This document shows, piece after piece, positions 28,268 through 32,000 of a stretch of DNA of 32,000 nucleotides. Every line of letters begins with the position of its first letter. The stretch's first letter is position 1. The stretch is taken from NCBI RefSeq assembly GCF_001598795.1, contig NZ_BCZP01000012.1:1-32000 (forward strand). Reading direction: 5' to 3'. A program made the position numbers and the translations under genes. The notes beneath the pieces were generated by a model. It searched no databases. It worked only from the letters and a program-made list of their open reading frames with translations, and was not told the origin of the DNA. This DNA is from Delftia acidovorans NBRC 14950 (GTDB lineage Bacteria; Pseudomonadota; Gammaproteobacteria; Burkholderiales; Burkholderiaceae_C).

Positions 28268-28834
28268 ATGGTGCATCCCGCCTTCAAGCCATCGGGTCCT
28301 ACCATGCCATCCGCCCCAGCCTCCAGCGCCGCCTCCAGCCCCTTGCACCGCGAAATCTCCGCCCTCTATGCCGGCCACCATGGCTGGCTGCAGGGCTGGC
28401 TGCGCCGCCGGCTTGGCAATGCCTGCGACGCGGCCGACCTGGCGCAGGACACCTTCATCCGCCTGCTCACCGCGCCTGCAGGCGACTTGCCCGCCCTGCG
28501 CGAGCCACGCGCCTACCTGGCCACGGTGGCGCGGCGCCTGCTGATCAACCACCTGCGCCGCCAGTCGCTGGAGCAGGCCTGGCTGCAGGCCCTGGCCGCG
28601 CTGCCAGCACCGCAGGCGCCGTCGCCCGAGCAGCAATTGCTCATCCTGCAGGCGCTGCAGGAGGTCGATGCCATGCTCGACGGCCTGCCGCCCAAGGTGC
28701 GCGCGGTCTTCATCCTTTCCCAGGTCGAGGGGCTGACCTATGCGGCCATTGCCGAGCAACTGGGCATGGGCCTGCGGTCGGTCAAGCGCTACATGGCCCA
28801 GGCCATGGCCGAGTGCATCCTGCTGTCGGCATGA
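28268..28834 (+). CDS. ECF sigma-70 factor, FecI family
   Basis: Region 2 (DAADLAQDTFIRLL) and region 4 HTH (LTYAAIAEQLGMGLRSVKRYMAQAM). Followed by fecR-like and receptor genes. Start is uncertain (ATG 28268 or ATG 28304). Confidence 0.85.
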   Translation: MVHPAFKPSGPTMPSAPASSAASSPLHREISALYAGHHGWLQGWLRRRLGNACDAADLAQDTFIRLLTAPAGDLPALREPRAYLATVARRLLINHLRRQSLEQAWLQALAALPAPQAPSPEQQLLILQALQEVDAMLDGLPPKVRAVFILSQVEGLTYAAIAEQLGMGLRSVKRYMAQAMAECILLSA

Positions 28835-29841
28835 ACGCCGGGGACTCCCAGGCCGCAGCGCCGCTGTCGCGCGAAATCGCCTTGCAGGCCGCCGAATGGT
28901 TTGTGCTGCTGCACTCGGGCGAGGCCAGCGAGGCCGACCACCGCGCCTTCGAGGCCTGGCGCACCCGTGCCGCTGTCCATGAGCAGGCCTGGCTGCGCGC
29001 CCTGGCCGTGAGCCAGCGTGCGGGCAGCCTGCCGCCCGCACTGGGGGCACCGGCCCTGGGCCGCAAGCAGCGCCGCCTGGGCGCCATGGGCCGCCGCGAC
29101 ACAGTGCGCGCGCTGGCCCTGCTGATCACGGCGGCCCCCGTGGGCTGGCTGGCCTGGCGCGCCGCGCCCTGGATGCAGTGGACCTCCACCCATGCGACGG
29201 CCACGGGCGAGCGCCGCGAATGGACGCTGGCCGATGGCAGCCGCATCGTGCTCGATACGGCCAGTGCCATGGATGTGCGGTTTGACGATCAGCTGCGCCG
29301 CGTCCATCTGAACGAGGGCGCCGTCTTCATCGAAACCGCGCCCGACCCGCAGACCCCACCCCGGCCCTTCGTGGTCACCACCGGGCAGGGCAGGGTGCGC
29401 GCTCTGGGCACGCGCTTCGTGGTGCGCAGTGCCGGGGAGCGCAGCGAGGTGGCCGTGCTGCAGGGTGCCGTGCAGATCACCACCCGTGGCGGCGCCGCGC
29501 AGCAGCTGCAGGCAGGCCAGCAACTGTGGTTTGACGCCATGGGCATAGGCCGTGCCGAGCCTGCGGACGCCAGCGCCGCCCAATGGGCGCGCGGCCTGCT
29601 GGCCGCAGACAACATGCGGTTGGCCGACTTTGTGGCCGAGCTGTCGCGCTACCGCTCCGGCTGGCTGCACTGCGATCCGTCTGTGGCGGATTTGCGTGTC
29701 ACCGGCGCCTTTCAGCTGGGCGATGCCGATACCGGCACGGACGCCGTGCTCGCCAACCTCGTGCACCTGCTGCCCGTGCAGGTCCACTACCGCACGCGCT
29801 ACTGGGTGACGGTGGCGGCGCGCGGTACACCACCGGCTTGA
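28831..29841 (+). CDS. FecR-family transmembrane anti-sigma / sensor protein
   Basis: ATG 28831 overlaps the sigma gene stop (ATGA). N-terminal AAEWFVLLHSGEASEADHRAFEAWR, a central TMD (ALALLITAAPVGWLAW) and a FecR-type periplasmic domain. The 526-aa track ORF is the same frame extended over the sigma gene. Confidence 0.85.
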   Translation: MNAGDSQAAAPLSREIALQAAEWFVLLHSGEASEADHRAFEAWRTRAAVHEQAWLRALAVSQRAGSLPPALGAPALGRKQRRLGAMGRRDTVRALALLITAAPVGWLAWRAAPWMQWTSTHATATGERREWTLADGSRIVLDTASAMDVRFDDQLRRVHLNEGAVFIETAPDPQTPPRPFVVTTGQGRVRALGTRFVVRSAGERSEVAVLQGAVQITTRGGAAQQLQAGQQLWFDAMGIGRAEPADASAAQWARGLLAADNMRLADFVAELSRYRSGWLHCDPSVADLRVTGAFQLGDADTGTDAVLANLVHLLPVQVHYRTRYWVTVAARGTPPA

Positions 29842-29936
29842 AATTTCTTTCGGAATCTGGCCCCTTTCTGCGGCAGGCCGTGTCCTGTTCGATGGCAACC
29901 GATTTCATCGAACGACTTCCGAAGGAAAAACAGACC

Positions 29937-32000
29937 ATGGCTCTCCGGCCCGGCATGCGCAGCGTGGCGCGCACTCCCTCCCCCTTGCTCTTTCCACTGT
30001 CCCGAACAGGCCTCGCCGTGCTCATGGCAGCGGGTCTGGCGGCAGGCGCCGCCTTGCCACGCGCCGCGCTGGCCCAGGCCGGTGCGGCGGCCACCAGCGC
30101 GGTGCAGCGTCCGTTCCAGGTGCCGGCAGGCCCGCTGGCCGCCGCGCTCACGGCGTTTGCCGCTGACGCAGGCGTGAGCATCAGTGCGCCGCCCGCCCTG
30201 GTGCAGGGTCGGCGCACCCAGGGCGTGCAGGGCCGCCTCACGGTGCGCGAGGCGCTGGACCGGCTGCTGGCCGGCACCGACCTGCAGGCGCAGGCGGCGG
30301 GGGAGGGCGGTTTTGTGCTGCGTGCGGTGCCCGAGGCCACCCAGGCATCGACCGTGCTGGGCGAGGTCAGGGTGACCGCCGCGGCCCCGGCAGAAAGCCC
30401 CTGGGGCAGCACCAGCGGGTATGTGGCGCGCCGGGCCAGCACGGCCACCAAGACCGATGCGTCGATTCTGGAGGTGGCGCAATCGGTGTCCGTCATCACG
30501 CGCGACCGCATGGACGACCAGGGCGTGCGCACGCTCAACGACGCCGTGCAGTACACGGCCGGCGTGCGCACCAACACGGGTGGGGCAAATCCTGCGGACG
30601 ACAGCCTGTCGGTGCGCGGTTTCAGCCAGTTCTCGGGCAATTTCTACCTGGACGGGCTGCGCCTCATGCCGCTGGGCACGCTGGGCTTTTTCGGCATGGA
30701 GCCTTACGGGGCCGAGCGCATGGAGGTCCTCAAGGGGCCGGCCTCGGTGCTGTATGGCCAGAACTCGCCGGGCGGCATCGTGAACTTCGTGTCCAAGCGG
30801 CCTTCGGCCGATGCGGTGCGCGGCATGGAGTTGTCCGTGGGCAGCCATGCTCGCCGGCAGGCGGCCTTCGACCTCGGAGGGCCGGTGGGTGACGATGGCA
30901 CGGTGAGCTACCGCCTGGTGGGGCTGGCCAGGGCGGCCGACCAGCAGATCGACTTCATGCGTGATGACCGCGTCTACCTGGCGCCCAGCCTGACCTGGGC
31001 GCCGGACGCACGCACCAGCGTCACGCTGCGCGGCTTCTACCAGAAGAACCACGCCATGATGTCCACCAACGTGCAGTGGGATGCGCTCAACGGGCGCAAC
31101 CCCAATGGCCGGCTGCCCCTGAACCGCTTCCTGGGAGAACCGGGCTTCGACCGCGAAGAGACCGAGGTCGCATCGCTGGGCTACGACGCACGCCATCAAT
31201 TCGACAGCGGCTGGACGCTGCGGCAGAACTTCCGCTACCTGCACGCACGCAACCACGAGCAGTACATGTTCCGCTACGGGCCGCTGATCGACGGCTCCGT
31301 CACCAACCGGGAGATCGATTCGCGCGATGGCAAGGGCGGCGTCTATACCGTGGACACCAGCCTGTCGGGCCAATTCGCGGCGGCCGGCCTGCAGCATGAA
31401 TTCATCGTGGGGCTGGACTACAACCGCAGCCGCTCCAGTTTCGACTCCTATATTGCCGACGGGCCGCAGCTGGACATCTACCGTCCCGTCTATGGCAGCT
31501 TCATCGACACCTCGCTGCTGCAGCCCGATGCGCTGCGCGATGAGCGCGCCCAGCAGGTAGGCCTCTACGTGCAGGACCGCATCCGCAAGGACCGCTGGGT
31601 GCTGGCCCTGGGCGGACGCCACGACTGGAGCCGCCTGGAGCAGTCCAGCCGCCTGGCCGACCCCGTGTCCACCACCGTGCGCAAGCCCAAATCCTTCACG
31701 GGCCGCGTGGGCCTGACCTATCTTGCAGACAACGGCGTGGCGCCCTATGTCAGCTACAGCGAGTCGTTTGTCCCTTTGATGGGCGCTGACCGCAACGACC
31801 GGCCCTTTGATCCGGAAACCGGCAAACAGGTCGAGGTCGGCGTCAAGTACTCGCCCGACGAACGCAGCAGCTTCACGCTGGCCGCCTTCGAGCTGCGCCG
31901 GCAGAACGTGCTCACCACCGACCCCGAGAACGTCCGCTATTCCATACAGCAGGGCGAAGTGCGTTCTCGCGGCATCGAGTTCGAGGCGGCAGTCCAGCCC
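29937..32000 (+). CDS. TonB-dependent siderophore receptor with N-terminal signalling (STN) extension; 3' end outside window
   Basis: ATG 29937 (GAAGGA RBS). Signal peptide ...ALPRAALAQA. STN-like FQVPAGPLAAALTAFAADAGVSISAPP...LTVREALDRLLAGTDL. Plug motif SVSVITRDRMDDQGVRTLNDAVQYTAGV. The frame is open to the window edge, so it is not listed in the ORF track. Confidence 0.9.
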   Translation, partial: MALRPGMRSVARTPSPLLFPLSRTGLAVLMAAGLAAGAALPRAALAQAGAAATSAVQRPFQVPAGPLAAALTAFAADAGVSISAPPALVQGRRTQGVQGRLTVREALDRLLAGTDLQAQAAGEGGFVLRAVPEATQASTVLGEVRVTAAAPAESPWGSTSGYVARRASTATKTDASILEVAQSVSVITRDRMDDQGVRTLNDAVQYTAGVRTNTGGANPADDSLSVRGFSQFSGNFYLDGLRLMPLGTLGFFGMEPYGAERMEVLKGPASVLYGQNSPGGIVNFVSKRPSADAVRGMELSVGSHARRQAAFDLGGPVGDDGTVSYRLVGLARAADQQIDFMRDDRVYLAPSLTWAPDARTSVTLRGFYQKNHAMMSTNVQWDALNGRNPNGRLPLNRFLGEPGFDREETEVASLGYDARHQFDSGWTLRQNFRYLHARNHEQYMFRYGPLIDGSVTNREIDSRDGKGGVYTVDTSLSGQFAAAGLQHEFIVGLDYNRSRSSFDSYIADGPQLDIYRPVYGSFIDTSLLQPDALRDERAQQVGLYVQDRIRKDRWVLALGGRHDWSRLEQSSRLADPVSTTVRKPKSFTGRVGLTYLADNGVAPYVSYSESFVPLMGADRNDRPFDPETGKQVEVGVKYSPDERSSFTLAAFELRRQNVLTTDPENVRYSIQQGEVRSRGIEFEAAVQP

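Noticed and set aside
28261-28830. 5' extension of the fecR frame (526-aa track ORF) overlapping the whole sigma factor gene
   Set aside because: The extension is Pro/Ala/Arg-rich junk in an alternative frame of fecI. The FecR N-terminal motif begins at ATG 28831, which overlaps the fecI stop.
29799-31622. 607-aa minus-strand ORF and 369-aa ORF 28789-29898 opposite the receptor and fecR genes
   Set aside because: Shadow ORFs. The plus strand encodes clear STN/plug and FecR sequences.

Overview
High-GC (about 65% by eye) chromosome segment whose codon usage and gene content look betaproteobacterial (Comamonadaceae-like; inference only). It has three parts. (1) 1-14428 is the late arm of an integrated siphovirus-type prophage, all on the + strand. 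It runs from a head-tail adaptor fragment through an HK97-gp10-like gene, a DUF3168-like gene, the major tail protein, and G/GT-type tail chaperones with an in-frame A_AAA_AAC -1 slippery site. A low-GC moron with its own terminator follows, then a 1764-aa tape measure protein and an unusually short tail-tip/fibre module. The arm ends with a complete lysis cassette: two holin-like genes, a GH108 endolysin, a 35-aa micro-ORF, an i-spanin and an o-spanin. (2) 14429-17215 is a strongly low-GC (about 25-45%) cargo island between the lysis genes and a tRNA-Thr(CGU) gene. It carries a secreted cadherin-like protein with an IPTL-CTERM-type sorting tail, an SRAP (YedK/HMCES)-fold protein lacking the catalytic Cys2, a 62-aa hydrophobic ORF, and a 550-bp AT-rich palindrome-bearing control region. 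(3) 17.8-32 kb is ordinary core genome: tRNA-Thr, fbp, pepN, prfB (canonical +1 frameshift), an MCP with a C-terminal DWETF tether, a PAS-PAS-GAF-GGDEF-EAL protein, and a Fur-box/FecI-FecR/TonB-dependent receptor cluster that runs off the window. No CRISPR array, rRNA, integrase or transposase is visible. The best candidates for something undescribed are the cargo island, the micro-ORF in the lysis cassette, and the minimal tail tip with a glycine-rich putative adhesin.
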